NCBI RefSeq assembly: GCF_048593235.1
Contig: NC_133620.1
Span: forward strand, 371,719,261-371,783,260
Origin: Sminthopsis crassicaudata
Lineage: Eukaryota
Reading direction: 5' to 3'
DNA: 64,000 bases
Shown here: in pieces, positions 50,691 to 64,000 of the stretch
Position numbering within the stretch: position 1 is the stretch's first letter
Layout of the letters: the number at the start of each line of letters is the position of its first letter
Position numbers and translations under genes: made by a program
The notes under the pieces: model-generated
What the model was told of the DNA's origin: nothing
The model's input: the letters and a program-made list of their open reading frames with translations, nothing else
Databases searched by the model: none

Positions 50691-52031
50691 AGCTCAAAAG
50701 TTGAGTCATTAAGTCAGTGGATAAATATTTTTAAGTATCTACAGACCCTCTAAGAGCCTAGGGCCATATGAGGCCTATGTGAACAAAGACAAAAACAGGA
50801 ATTGTTTACTCTTTTGTGTCATGGACCCTCTAGAAGTATGGTGAAGCTTTATGAAACCCTTCTCAGAATAATGTTGTTGTGCTTTTTTTTTTTTTATTCA
50901 TAAAATAAAATACATGATTCCAAAGAAAATCAATTATATTGAAATAAAAATATAATTTTTTTTTTCCATCTAAGGTTATAGACCCATTGAAACCTATCCA
51001 CTGACCATGCAGTCCGAGGACAGAAGGTTAAGAAAACTTAGTCTAGAAATCTGGCAAAAATATCAATTTTTTCAACTTTTTCAACTTTTTCATCACTCTT
51101 GATAGCTCAGAAGTTTCTGAAGAGCCCACAGACATCAGGAGAGAGGCTCTAATCTTTCCCAAAGCTAACCTCTAACCCTTCCATCTACCTAAATCAATGC
51201 CGACTGAAGTCCAAAGCCCAAGAGTATTTCTAGAACTGGAAAGGGGAGATGATTTTTTTTTTTTTTCCAAATACGCAGAGGGTATTAGAAAAGCTACTAG
51301 GAGCAATTAGTGTGATTAAACGTTAAAGATGTAGAGTGGGTGAAGGCAATCTCTCCAAAGTATGGGAACAGCTTCTGAAGTTGACCATAGGAAAAGTCAG
51401 AAAGGATTCAGAGTCCTCAGATACTGTTGTATGTGCCTGTGAACTGAAAAAAAATCAGTGGAAGGGCAGTCTAAGAGTTTTCTGAACTTAGTGATGTACT
51501 TTGTAGGAAAGAAAATGAATTAAGGAAAACCCCAAAGAGGATACCCAGCAGATGACAGACCCAGTTCTCTGCCTGATGCTACCACAAAAACCTGAAACTT
51601 TCCCTAAGAAACATGGTTTCTCTTCACTCTGAGGGCCAACTATTAAAAAAAGGGAACCAGGCAAAGGGCAGGGCATAATATGCATAGAGGAACTAATGCT
51701 ACTCTCTTCCTCTATCCCCAGAGTTTTTCCTTTCTCCTACCTCACTTTTCAGTATCCCTCACACACACTCCCCTCAAACTAATACAGGGTGGGGAAGGGA
51801 CAAGAGCAAAATCATTGAGAAGAGGGACCAAACAGTGAAACAGGAGACCAGATTTCATACTAAAGGACAGTCTGAACCTGGACTGGGAATTGAAGCTGAG
51901 AGGTCTATCCAAGGGATTTTGGATAAATCAAAGATAACTGGGTCAGCCCTGAGGCCATCTTGGTTCAAAGGCCAAAGATGGAAGAACACAGAATGTCACT
52001 TTGCAGCCATAATTCTATCTTCAAAGTAGCC

Positions 52032-52037
52032 TTTATT
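52032..52037 (-). terminator. S100A2: S100A2 poly(A) signal AATAAA
   Basis: tttatt on plus, about 80 nt downstream of the stop. Confidence 0.8.
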
Positions 52038-52118
52038 GAATATAAAACAAACAATGTACTGAGCCCAGGGCTAGAGAGATGCCATGGAAGTAGGATAGGG
52101 CAGGCAGGGTGTGCTATT

Positions 52119-52271
<153 letters not shown>

Positions 52272-53531
52272 CTAAAATATAGAAAGGGTTTTGTCATTCT
52301 TGGGAAAACAGACTCCAACATCATGGTAAAATATAAAATAAAAAATTAGATTGGGAGTCAGAAGCCCTAGGTTTACACCTTTTACTTTCTACCTCTGTGT
52401 CTTTGGTTGGAAAAGTCACTTCATTGGGCCTGTTTTCTCCTCTGTAAAATTTAAGTTGGATTAGGTGACCTTTACAATCTTTCCAATTCTAGATTATCTG
52501 ATCCTGTGACTTTTCTTGCACTCCATTCCTCAATTATGCATTTCTAACACCTCTGTTTATCCAGACAAATGAGAAAGAACCGGTATTTCATTGCTTTTAT
52601 TTAAAGCCCTTCATCATCTGGCCCCAACCTACATCCCAGCCACAAATTTACAGTACAGACACCAGTCATTTTTTTTTTTCTTAAAGGCAAATAGGGTTAA
52701 ATCTCAGGGTCATACAACTAGTAAGTATCTAAAGCCAGGTCTTCTTGATTCCAGGCCCAGTGCTCTATCCACTGTATCACCCAGCTATCCATATGTGAAA
52801 AAATGCCCATGCAGTAAATCTTCAGTTCCTAAAAGCAGATTCTTCATCTCAGATTTACTTCCTTCCCTTACCAGAGATGCCCCCTTCCTGTCCCTGGTAG
52901 CTCTGTTAAACCACCTCCTTCCACTATCAGAATAATAGTGAGCTCAGGAAATGACTAAGGATCAAACCAAACTATATAGGTAAATCTGCTAAATGAGGCA
53001 TAATAATAAAAAAAAAATCTCATCATATATTCAAGGCCAAAAATGATATGGGAATTTTCTTTCATTTTGGATCATTTGTGCCAGGAGCAAGAATCGCAGA
53101 GGCTTATTTTGTTTGTTGGCCTCTGAATTCATAGAATTTCTTCCTCCACTTCCTTCTAGCCTAGCTCAGGTGCCACTTCTTCTATAAAGCTTTTCCCAAT
53201 TCCTTATCCCCAGCTGAAAGCAATGATATTTTCCAACCTTCTAAAAAAACTTTTCACTATCCCTAGATTCGTATTTATTTGTGCACATGTCACATTTTCC
53301 CCTTTACTATAAACAAGAAAATCCAGCCTCAAACACTTGACACTTACTAGTTGTATGATCTTGAACCCAATAGCTCGAATAAATAAATAAATAAACTTGC
53401 AAGGTCTTTGTGCATTTTTCATCCTATTAATTAGCACAGTATTCTCTCTGTAATTAGTGAAGTAAATTAATAAATAAATTGAGTAGAATTAGTTTGGCCT
53501 CTTTCTGTACCTCTACCCCACTACAACCACC

Positions 53532-54138
53532 NNNNNNNNNNNNNNNNNNNNNNNNNNNNNNNNNNNNNNNNNNNNNNNNNNNNNNNNNNNNNNNNNNNNN
53601 NNNNNNNNNNNNNNNNNNNNNNNNNNNNNNNNNNNNNNNNNNNNNNNNNNNNNNNNNNNNNNNNNNNNNNNNNNNNNNNNNNNNNNNNNNNNNNNNNNNN
53701 NNNNNNNNNNNNNNNNNNNNNNNNNNNNNNNNNNNNNNNNNNNNNNNNNNNNNNNNNNNNNNNNNNNNNNNNNNNNNNNNNNNNNNNNNNNNNNNNNNNN
53801 NNNNNNNNNNNNNNNNNNNNNNNNNNNNNNNNNNNNNNNNNGACAGAGAGAGAGGGANNNNNNNNNNNNNNNNNNNNNNNNNNNNNNNNNNNNNNNNNNN
53901 NNNNNNNNNNNNNNNNNNNNNNNNNNNNNNNNNNNNNNNNNNNNNNNNNNNNNNNNNNNNNNNNNNNNNNNNNNNNNNNNNNNNNNNNNNNNNNNNNNNN
54001 NNNNNNNNNNNNNNNNNNNNNNNNNNNNNNNNNNNNNNNNNNNNNNNNNNNNNNNNNNNNNNNNNNNNNNNNNNNNNNNNNNNNNNNNNNNNNNNNNNNN
54101 NNNNNNNNNNNNNNNNNNNNNNNNNNNNNNNNNNNNNN
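53532..54138. other. Assembly gap in S100A2 intron 2: two N runs separated by a 16-bp island
   Basis: N at 53532-53841 (310 nt) and 53858-54138 (281 nt), with gacagagagagaggga between them. Confidence 1.
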
Positions 54139-54139
54139 A

Positions 54140-54352
<213 letters not shown>

Positions 54353-55427
54353 TCAGGGGTCCTCAGCACAGAGAAAGTAGCTTCCAAACCTCTCTAAGAA
54401 CTTATCCCCCCATCCAACCCTACAAGTCTCTTCTATTCCTCAGACAAAACACAATCTTATCAGCTTTCTTTCATGTAGAAGCTATGACTCTCTCTTCCTC
54501 ACCAGATAGGGACTCCCAGAGGGCAGGGTCTATGTCTCTCCCAGCAAAGTTAGGTGGGATTAGAATTGTGTCAACTGCCTTGGGATAGCAAAAAATTCTT
54601 TAAAACTTTCATCCAAGTCCTAAGTGAACAAGCCCAAACCAATTCAGACAAGTTAGATGCAAGGGTGTAGGCAGAAGAATCTGGTGGTGGGGGCAGTGAC
54701 ACAGGGAGGCCTCATCAAGCCAGTTCTATTCGTAAGGAGGGGGAGGGACCAGTAGGGAAGAAGATATGGGCCCTGTTATCCCTGTTCTGTTACCTGTCAG
54801 GGCCCAGCTTCATCCCAAACATACCCAATACTTAGCCCCACTCCCAACCACCTTCACCATCCTTGCCTAAAGCCTGAGCCTATTCCAATAGCTTTTTAAA
54901 TAATTCCATGAGGATTCAGTATTTTTTTAAACCTTCCTCTTAATACTTTTAGGCTCTAGCTGTGTCAATGACTATAGCCACAAAAGTCACACCCTCAGCC
55001 CAGCCCAAGAGATCACCTTCTTATTGCCTCTAGACCACCAGCATTCCCCAAACTGAGATTTTAGAGTGAGAGAAAGAGAGCTAGAAGCTTCCCCAGCTTG
55101 TGGAGTTTCCCTTCCATGATAGAGAGCTACTATTCCAGGGGCTTCAGGCCCAAATTTCAGAGATTTTGCTATCCCAGGCAAAGATCTTTTGTTCTTCAAA
55201 AGAAACTGGGTAAGAAGGTCCTTGCTAGCTGTGATATGGAATGAGACACTTCACAGAAGGGCCCAGACTAAGACCCCACAAAAGGGTTTTAAGGAAATGA
55301 GAGACAGAAGAAAAGAGACAAAATGATTTTTTAAAGTGCTAAATGGAAAAAGACAGAGATGAGGACCCCATTCCTTTTCTTTATTCCATTCCTTTCCCTC
55401 TCATATTCCCAACAGCAAAGAAATTAC

Positions 55428-55545
55428 CTGGTTAGGTAGCAGGAAGGATGTCAGGCAGGAGTGAGAAGAGAACAGGATTGAAGTGTTGAAGATTTATACA
55501 GCAGCCCTGCTGCTCCCCACTTGGCATTTCAGGGAAAGCCAACCT
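55428..55545 (-). promoter_or_regulatory. S100A2: S100A2 core promoter and non-coding exon 1
   Basis: TATAAAT at 55498-55492 and donor CAG|GTAATT after 55428. Upstream caggttggctttccctgaaatgccaagtgggg resembles my recollection of the human S100A2 proximal promoter. Confidence 0.8.
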
Positions 55546-56384
55546 GTCTTAACTTGATCTTTCCAGCAACTTGGCTCCTGGCCACACCATTTTTCTTTCT
55601 CTCCCTATCCAGAATCAGCCAGTCAACCATTTTTAGAGAAGTTGCCCAGGATAAGCTGGAAGTGAAGACTGGAAGGGAACAAGGAAATCCCCCCAAAACC
55701 AGGCCTGAAATGGGCCCTGCCCTGTTCCACCTGAATTTTTTTTTCCCTAGAAAGGAGGCATCCATTTATTCTGGCTGCCCACCTAGGAATGAGCCCAGTC
55801 ATCTGGAAGAAGGTGGAAAGTCAATTAGTCTATTAGCATTAATTAAATGCTTCCACTAACTAAAAGATGTGGCTGACTCTTCAAGGGGACCTAAAAGTTT
55901 ATTTCACATATGATATATGTAATGGATATCTCATATGTGATAGATATAACTCACAAAAGCTTTCACAGCTTTCCACCTAGTGACAAGTAGTTTGGGGGGA
56001 TTTCCTTTTTTCTAATTAGGTAGATCTGGTAAAATGAATGAATAGATAAATAAATGATAGATAGATAAATGAATGAATGAATGAATCAAATTGAGAAAAA
56101 TATTCTAAATAGATACTCTACTCCCTGTTATATCTCAATTGGAAATGGGCAAGAGAAAGCTAAAAGGAGTCAAGAGTGAGCCACTTATACAGTCCAGCTT
56201 TGAGATAACCATGTGGGAGCTTCCTGCTTTTGTGAGAGGGGGAACCAGAAGAGGCAGCTAATAGAAATACTAGGGTTCACAATATCATAAATCAGAAAGC
56301 AGGAAAGAGCTTTAGAAAATAATTAAACCAATTCAATTTTGAAGATGAGAAAACTGAGGCCCAGAATAAGAAATTTAGCTAAAT

Positions 56385-56830
56385 AGATGCCCATCAATTG
56401 GGCAATGAATAAATTATGGTAGATGAACACAATGGAATATAAACAGAGACGCATGAGAACATTAGCATGAACTAACTGATATAAAATGAAATAAACAGAG
56501 CTAGGAAAATGATGAAATACGGTAAATAGGATGAACAACAACAAAACAGAAATGGATGTTCCAAAATTATAAGAAGCTTAACCTCCAAGAATATGTCACT
56601 ATGTCACCCACTCTTTTGCTGGAAGGAAAGGGAGTCAATGTCCCATAGGTATGGAACATTCCATATAATATCAAGTTTTTTTTTCCAGTGTAATGACTAG
56701 TTTTGCTGATTTTTTTCCTTCCCTTTTTCTTTTTTAAAAAAGAATTATTTATTACAGAGGATATCTCTCTGGGAGAAGGAAATAGGGAGAAATCTAGGCA
56801 ATATAAAAGCAAAAAAAAGTCAATAAAAAA
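56385..56830 (+). mobile_element. Old L1 3' fragment
   Basis: Reads gatgcccatcaattgggcaatgaataaattatggta... Confidence 0.55.
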
Positions 56831-59713
56831 CTCTTGACTCTAACTTGAAATATTCTTTTTCTTATCCTGAATCTTCTCTGTGGAGTACTTAGATCCTTGC
56901 CACATGCTCCTCCCACTACATGCCAAATTAATTCCCAAGAGAGTGACATGAAGTTAAAACTTCCTAGTTTAGCATTCAAAGTCCCTTTCACCCCATTTTT
57001 GGGGAGAAGAGAAATTTTTAGAGCCATCACCCTATTTTTTTCAGTTTTATCTCATGCTATTTCCTTCCATATATTCCAGACAAACCATATCCCAGCCAAA
57101 TTTGACTTGTGTTTTCCTCTCTAATCCCCCATATAACTGCTCTTTTCCACCTCTATACTTTTGCTCATGCTGTTCTCTGCACCCGGAATGCCCTCCCCTC
57201 AAAAAGTCTCATAGTTCAATTCTCATTCTTCCTGTAAAGTCCAATTTAAATTTTATCTCTTCCAGGAAATCTTCCCTGACTTCTACAATAAGTAGTGTTT
57301 CTCCTCCCCTAGTTTTATATAGCATTTTGCACATCACTATAATTATCACCTATTATTGTGTATTGAGAGGCAATCTAATGATCAGGATGTACTCTCTATC
57401 AAACACATAGCTCAACTTATCATTTCATCTTTAATTATACTGACTTCAGGACCTTTGGAAAGGATCTAAATGCCCTCCAGCAGCTGTCTAAGACTATGCA
57501 AATGTCCCGAGAGATCTCACCTCATCTTGTTTACAAAGAAGATGAGACCCACATTGGTAGAGAAAATTCCTCATACAGGAGCTCCTGTATGCCAATGAAG
57601 TCACAGATCTGATGAAAAATAAATAAATAAAATTTGTAAAAGGTACAATGAAGTGAGTTACCTGAGTTTGTGTCTTTTCCCCCATGAAACCATAAGCTCC
57701 ATGAAAGCAGGGTCTATGTCATCATTTCTAAATTTTGTGTCTTCCCCAATCCATAGCTCAGTGTATTGCATACAAAAAAATCATAAATGTTTTTGAATTA
57801 TAGGTTGGTACCCCACTTCCCCAGAACCCAAAGGGAGATACAATAGACTCTATATAGAATAGGACTCTGTCCATCTAACTCAAAGTCCACTACTGGAGAA
57901 TCCCATCTACAACATACTCGATAAATTGGTAAACCAGGATTTACTTGAAGACACTAGTGAAGGAGAACCCATTCCCTCTCAGGCAGCCCATTCCACCTCA
58001 GATAGCTCTAAATGTTAATAGGATTTTTCCTAACATCAAACCTAAATCTACTTCTCTATAACTTCCAATGGGTTGCTTCTAACTCTGCCCCCTGGAACCA
58101 AATGGAACATGTGAGTGAGAGAGGCAATGTTATGCAATAGAACAAACACTGAAAATGGAATAAGAAAATCAAATTCAAATTCCAACTCTCCCACTTATTC
58201 CCCCATGACTTTGGGCAAATCATGTGCCTTTAGAGCAATTCTCTGGATCTTACTTTTCACATCTATAAAATTAGGGGGTTAGATGAGGTTCCCTTCAATT
58301 AGTCTCAACCAGCTATAAATTTATGATCCTCAATCTAATGCATATAATTCTTCAGATACTTGAAAAGTTATTACATCACACTCCCCTCCCCCCCAAAAAA
58401 AATCTTCTCTAGGCTGTACACTAGTTCTTTCAAATAAACCTTGAAAGACATAGTTTAGAATCCCTTTTTTCATACTAGTCACCTATCTCTGAATAAGTTC
58501 CAGAGAATTTGTCATGTTCCTTCTAAAATGTGATCCTTAAAACTGAGGATCTTGAATCTTGAAAAGTTGGAAAGTCTGATAGAAAGGTGAGTTTGGAAGA
58601 TAAGATAACAAGGTCTGTTTTGGATATGTGGAATCCATAGTAGCTGAAATATAATCTGACCAGGGTTGTAAACAGTGGAATTATCCTTACCTCTGGACAT
58701 TAAGCTTACATTAACGCAGCTTAGGGACTGAATTGAAGTGAGTACCTCAAGATTCGGCTGCTCTCCACCCCTCTCTGAGATATCTCAGACTCTTTCACAA
58801 TCTTCAAAACAACAACCAAAAAAATGTACAAAATACAACTGATTCACAGACAACCACAAAGCCTAAGTCTAATTATTGACCACTGAGGGAGTCCCCCTGC
58901 CAAAACCTTTGTCTGCCTTTGCCACCCCACCTTTCTTTCCAGTGACAGAAGACCCAATCCAGATTTAAAGATGCTTGAGTTCCTATAAAAAGATAGCCCT
59001 CCTACATAATGACATAGGAAGACACAAATACACACACACACACTCACAATCCTTCTAATTAGTTTTAAGGTCCATTCCAGAGTCAAAATTCTCTGTTTCC
59101 ACGAGCTGAGAAGCAGAAATCAATCTACAATTGGATTCCCCAGGTTGTGTTTCCTTGCTGAATTGACCATTTCCCCAAAGGGTGAGAATGGGCACAGAAT
59201 ACAGTTATCTAGAATTTTCCTTAAGACCAGCCTACTCAGGCCCACCTCTCCCCATCAGAGCATTCTAATTCCTGACATCCATCACGGAGACTGGGGCTAG
59301 GACAGGGTTAGCCTAACCAGCCTTCCTAGGGCTGAACCTGTCTCAAAGTTAGGACAGTGGGTAAGGTTCTGAGGGCTCAGACCTCAGCTTTTCATGCTTG
59401 TTATTCTAAGTCACTCCTCACAAATTCTACTGTCTCTTACATTCTATCCAAAAAATGCAGCAGAATCCAGCCTCAGGAGTTAGGACTGGGTTAACAGGGG
59501 AGAGAGTAAACTTCCTGCCTATCTCCCTTTCCAGAATTCTTTATAGCTTAGTGCCCTTTTTATGCCTACTACTCATCCCCCACTTCAGGTTGGGCCCCAC
59601 CCTTCCTGTCCCTTGCCCAACTCTCCTCCCCCTGCCCCCCTGGCCCCTTTTTTTTCCTCCAGAAGTTAAATGGCTCCCTCCCCCTTCCCCCTCTCTACCC
59701 CTCCTTCCATCCT

Positions 59714-59810
59714 GGGTGACTCACCCCGTGGTTTCCAGGACTGAATGCCCCAGCTATGACTCAGTGGGCACCGCCCTACACCCCCGGGCCAGGGATAGCA
59801 TAGTTATCAG
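59714..59810. promoter_or_regulatory. Candidate enhancer with two AP-1 sites, upstream of S100A2
   Basis: TGACTCA at 59717-59723 and 59757-59763, and a GATA-type TTATCA near 59803, in unique GC-richer sequence. Confidence 0.5.
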
Positions 59811-60904
59811 ATCAGTAAGCAGCCACTGAGAGAGAAAGCAATAATGAAGAGAGTTCCCCAGCTGAAGCACCCCTCAGAGAAACCCACAAAGGGACCCACG
59901 CCAAGAAGAGGGACTCTAGGCTGAGATTGCTCAGAAAGGACTCCAAACTGAAAGACCTAATTAGTGAAGGTTTCCCCCTTACCCAGACTGAGATCCCTTA
60001 GAAGTCCAAAGCTTAAAAGTCAGGCTCTATCTGGACCCAAATGTGTGGTTATATTTTGTCAGTGTTAGCACTGCCTTATGTATGCATGGGGATGACCCTG
60101 TAATACTCCCCAAATACTCTTTCTTTACTCTTTTTTCTATTTCTCCGATGACCCTTACTCCTGTGATCTTAAGAATTTAAGGGAAAAAGATTTTTAAAAT
60201 CATCTTGAAAAACAAATGAGAAATCTGAGGAGGCCTAGAAAAGGTGAAACTATTTACTCAGTTGTAAATAAATAAATGAATCAAGAATCAAAATCCTCAT
60301 CAGATGATTCTAAACCCATCCAGGTTATTTCCTCCTGGATATAGACAACTCAGGCTCAAAATTTCTAGCCAATTTTCTTCTCTACTACAGCTACTACGCC
60401 TACAAACTTTCCCTTTTGTCCCCTCCTTTGTTAAAGGTACCAGTCACCCAGTTTCAAATATTTGGAATCATCTTTGTGATGTTTCCTACAGGTGAACAGA
60501 TTCTTCATGGTCAGGACCCAGAGTCAATAAGACCTCAGTTCAAATGCAGTCTCAGGAACTTACTAGCTGTATATCAGCCAGGCAAGTCACTCAACCTCTC
60601 TCAGACTCAGTTTCCTAATCTGTAAATTGAAGATAAGAGCATTTTTCTCTCAGAATTAGTGTGAGAATAAAATGGGATATTTGCAAAATTCTTTGTAAAC
60701 TTTAAAGTGGTCTAGAAAAGCTAATAATTAGTAGTGTATCCTCACTTCCATATGGTCACTTGCTAAGCTTTGTCAATTTTAATTGCATAACATCTTTCCT
60801 TCCTGCCCTCTTCTCTCCATTCACACAGCCACACTTATTTTAGGCCCTCTATCACTTCTTTATTAAACTATTGCAATAGGGTTTTGTTGTTTGGTTTTTT
60901 TTTT

Positions 60905-61585
60905 GAGCCAGTCTAGATTAAGAAACTTGTCCAGCGTCACACAGAGAGTATCTGAGCTGGATTTGAATTCAAGTCTTCCTAACTCTAGACCCAGGGCTCT
61001 ATCCATGCACCACCTAGCTGCCCCATGACAGCCAGCTAATGACTTTCTTTTATCCATTCTCTCCCCTGCCCAATTCGTCCTGCATACAGTGGCTAACACA
61101 CTTTTTCTAAGGTGCAATTAAGGCTATGTCATTCACCTGCCCTAAAAGTCTTCAGTGGCTTCCTTTGCCTATAGAACAAGACACAAACCCCTTAGCTTGG
61201 CATCTGACTCCCCTTATCAGGTTCTCCTACCTTTCCAGACTTTTTCATACCACTTCACTATAAACTCACTTTCTGGACAAACTAGACTCACTTCTTCCTG
61301 ACTTCAGTCTCCTTCCTCTTTACATTTACATGAGTCATTCTCCATATCTAGAATGGACAGTGTTGCTCTTTGTGACCTCATTTGGGATTTTCCTTGACAA
61401 AGATCTTGAAGATTTCCTTCTCCAGTTCATTTTACAGATAAGGAAATTGAGGCAAGCAGGGCTAAGTGACTTGCCCAGAATCATAGTTTATAAGAGTCTA
61501 AGGTCAGCTTTGAACTCAGGAAGATGAGTTTTCCTGATTGAAGATCTAAGGATCTGTGCACTATATTGCCACCTAGCTGCCTCAG
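60905..61585 (-). mobile_element. SINE cluster (WSINE/MAR1/MIR types with an L2-like piece between)
   Basis: gctctatccatgcaccacctagctgcc at ~60995-61022 and ttcattttacagataaggaaattgaggc...tttgaactcaggaagatgag at ~61425-61530. Confidence 0.6.
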
Positions 61586-61920
61586 AATGCACAATAATCC
61601 ACATTCATCACTGCCCTACAGACTATTCATATGGCCTCTAGGCTTAATTCAAATGCCATCCTTCTTATACCTTTCCGGATCATCCAGTTAGAGTCTGTCT
61701 CTTCTCAATTTGCCTTGATGTCAGGAAAATGAGCTTAAAAATCCACTATGACTTTCAGGACACCCTGTCTTTATTGTTTATTTATATGTTGTACAATACC
61801 CTTTCCCAATCCCATGCCAAAATGTAAGATTTGCAACGTTAATTTTTGTCTTTGTATTCTCAGAATACACACAGTGTAGGCCAGGCATTTAGAAAATGTT
61901 GGATTTTAATTTATATTACT

Positions 61921-61932
61921 CTGTGTGTGTGT

Positions 61933-61963
<31 letters not shown>
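61921..61963. repeat. (TG)n microsatellite, one interruption
   Basis: Seen directly in the sequence. Confidence 0.9.
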
Positions 61964-61964
<1 letters not shown>

Positions 61965-63844
61965 CTTTTTCTGTCTGTCACACACACACACATTTTATTC
62001 TTGGAGAAAAAATAAACCTCTTAATATACTCATTCACACTCAGGTATGCCTAAGACAGCTCAAGGTGTTGTATCTCTAAGAAATGCTTTTACTAGGAAGA
62101 AACTCCTCAGACAAAGGAATGACTCTCTAAGTGTGGATTTTTAAGTATTAGCTAGAGGGTTGGGCAGCATTTGGGGTGGAGATCAGGCAAAAGGACTTTC
62201 CCAGGCCTGGAATCCCACAAAGCTGCCAGAGGAAAACTGAAATTTGTAGCAATGTATAACAGGGAACCGGCTTTGCCAACAAGGAAACAGCAAGTCCCCT
62301 CTGGGAACTGAGTAAATGAAACAAACCCCAGTTGACAGGAACGGATCTGCAGGAGAGGACCAGGATAGAGAGTGGAATCTAAAGCAGAATTGATATGAAA
62401 AAGACCTGGAGATTTTAAAGGAATAAAACCATAGTATGAGTCAAAAGTATGACACAACAATCAAAAAAGAGGTAAAGGGAGCTTAACCAGCCCAGGATCC
62501 ATGCAGAGGAAGCAACACAATCCACTACATTCTGGAATGGTCAGACCCCTACCAGAATAGTTTTTAATTCTGAACATCACATTCTAAAAGGGACACTGAT
62601 CAGTGTCCTGAACATTCTAAAAAGAGTAACCTGGCAAGGCCAGGCCCAGAGATCATGAAAGTGATTAGCTTGTAGAAGAATTAGCAGGGAACATTAGAGT
62701 AATTTTAAAGAATCTAGAGCTGTGAGAGAAATAGTAAGCTTGTTTGGGGGGAGCATATCTAAGAGATTTAGATAAATGATCAAGATGCAGATTTCACATG
62801 TAAAGAAAAGTCTTCTAACAATCAGAGTTCAGGGGTGGGCTCCTCCCCACCACTGGAAGCCTTCAAGGAGAGGCAGGAATGTTGTATGGAGGTTCCTGCT
62901 CCAATACAGACTGAGCAAGATGACCTTTGGGTCCATACCTACAAGGGAGATTCTGGAGACAGAAAGAAAGAGAGACAGGTGAAGTCACAATAGACGGAGA
63001 CAGAGAAAGAAAAAGAGAGAATGGCACAGTAGAGACAGACAGATGATGGTACAATAAAGCTAGCCAAAGAGACGGAGATGGCATGGTAAGTGGAGAGAGT
63101 GACAAAATAGTGAAAAAGAAAATGTTTGAGACAGAGAAACAAAGAAGCACAGTTCAGATAAAAATAAATAAACAAAGGGTCCAGAGACAGACCCACTGGC
63201 ACAAGCAGAAACAAAAGAGAGAATTATTAAGGAAGAGAACAGGAAATTGGTAAAAAGAGAAAGGGGATTCAGAGAGTGAACGAGGACAGATGCTGACAAA
63301 GGAGATGGGGAAGCTCAGGAAGCAATATATGGGTGTCTAATTTCTGCAACAAATGCAGAGAAATCAAATGCATCTACATAGTCTATGGTTCTGTGAAGCA
63401 TGCTAAAAGAAGCCAGAAAATGGAAAAACACACACACGTAAACACACACTCACACATACATTTACACACACATACACACACTCATATATGCTCACACTCA
63501 CACATGCACATAGTCCCCAGGACAATGAACAAGAAACCCTTTTACAGCGCCCACAAAACTAGCCTTGGGTCTCCACATTGAAATCCAGCCCTACCCTGTT
63601 CTCAGCCCCTGCCACAGAATCCCGTAGGAGCAGGGTTTTTGTCCGGCTGTGGCCTGCCACCTCGTGGTAGAAAGGGGCCAACTCAGCGTGGCTGGGGAAA
63701 TGAAATGAATTTTTGTGCTCCCTTTCCCACTCCTAGCCTCCCCCTTCTCTTCCATCCCTAGCTATTCCGCCCCCACAATCCCAGTGATTCATTGAAGAGT
63801 CTAATAATCTGATTCATCTTTAATTAGGGGCTACCTCTGCGCTA

Positions 63845-63962
63845 ATTAGGGGCAGTTAAGTGGTTCATTGGATAGAGTGCCAAGCCTGGAGTCAGGAAGA
63901 CTCATCTTCCTGAATTTAAATTTGGTCTCAGACATTTACTAGCTGCGTGACCCTGGGCAATG
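63845..63962 (+). mobile_element. MAR1/MIR-type SINE 5' part
   Basis: Reads ggggcagttaagtggttcattggatagagtgccaagcctggagtcaggaagactcatcttcctga. Confidence 0.7.
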
Positions 63963-64000
63963 AAAAAAATTATTTTTTTGCTCAAGCCCCTGGTGTACCC

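Noticed and set aside
55600-60000. p53/p63 response element upstream of S100A2
   Set aside because: I found no convincing pair of RRRCWWGYYY half-sites by eye; a PWM scan would be needed.

Overview
Eukaryotic, repeat-rich mammalian DNA. The SINE and L1 types point to a marsupial, probably a dasyuromorph (inference from recalled repeat families, not a database hit). The window holds the core of the S100A cluster: five intact minus-strand genes, S100A6 (91 aa), S100A5 (93 aa), S100A4 (101 aa), S100A3 (100 aa) and S100A2 (97 aa), in the same order as human 1q21. Each has two coding exons joined by a phase-0 GT-AG intron. The ORF track catches only fragments, so I spliced and translated the exons by hand. 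TATA boxes and non-coding first exons are visible for S100A6, S100A4 and S100A2. Between S100A6 and S100A5 lies a nested element: an old L1 fragment split by an internally deleted class I ERV, whose 5' LTR is itself split by a younger L1. Elsewhere there are further LTRs, many L1 3' ends, WSINE1/MIR-type SINEs, microsatellites and an N gap in S100A2 intron 2. I found no clearly new biological system. The best leads are: a possible relic sixth S100 exon; altered Zn/disulfide residues in S100A3 and S100A2; stop codons embedded in AATAAA in three adjacent genes; two independent L1s truncated at nearly the same point; tandem G4 motifs in the S100A4 3' UTR; and same-family LTRs bracketing S100A6. 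Human protein comparisons are from memory and should be confirmed by alignment.
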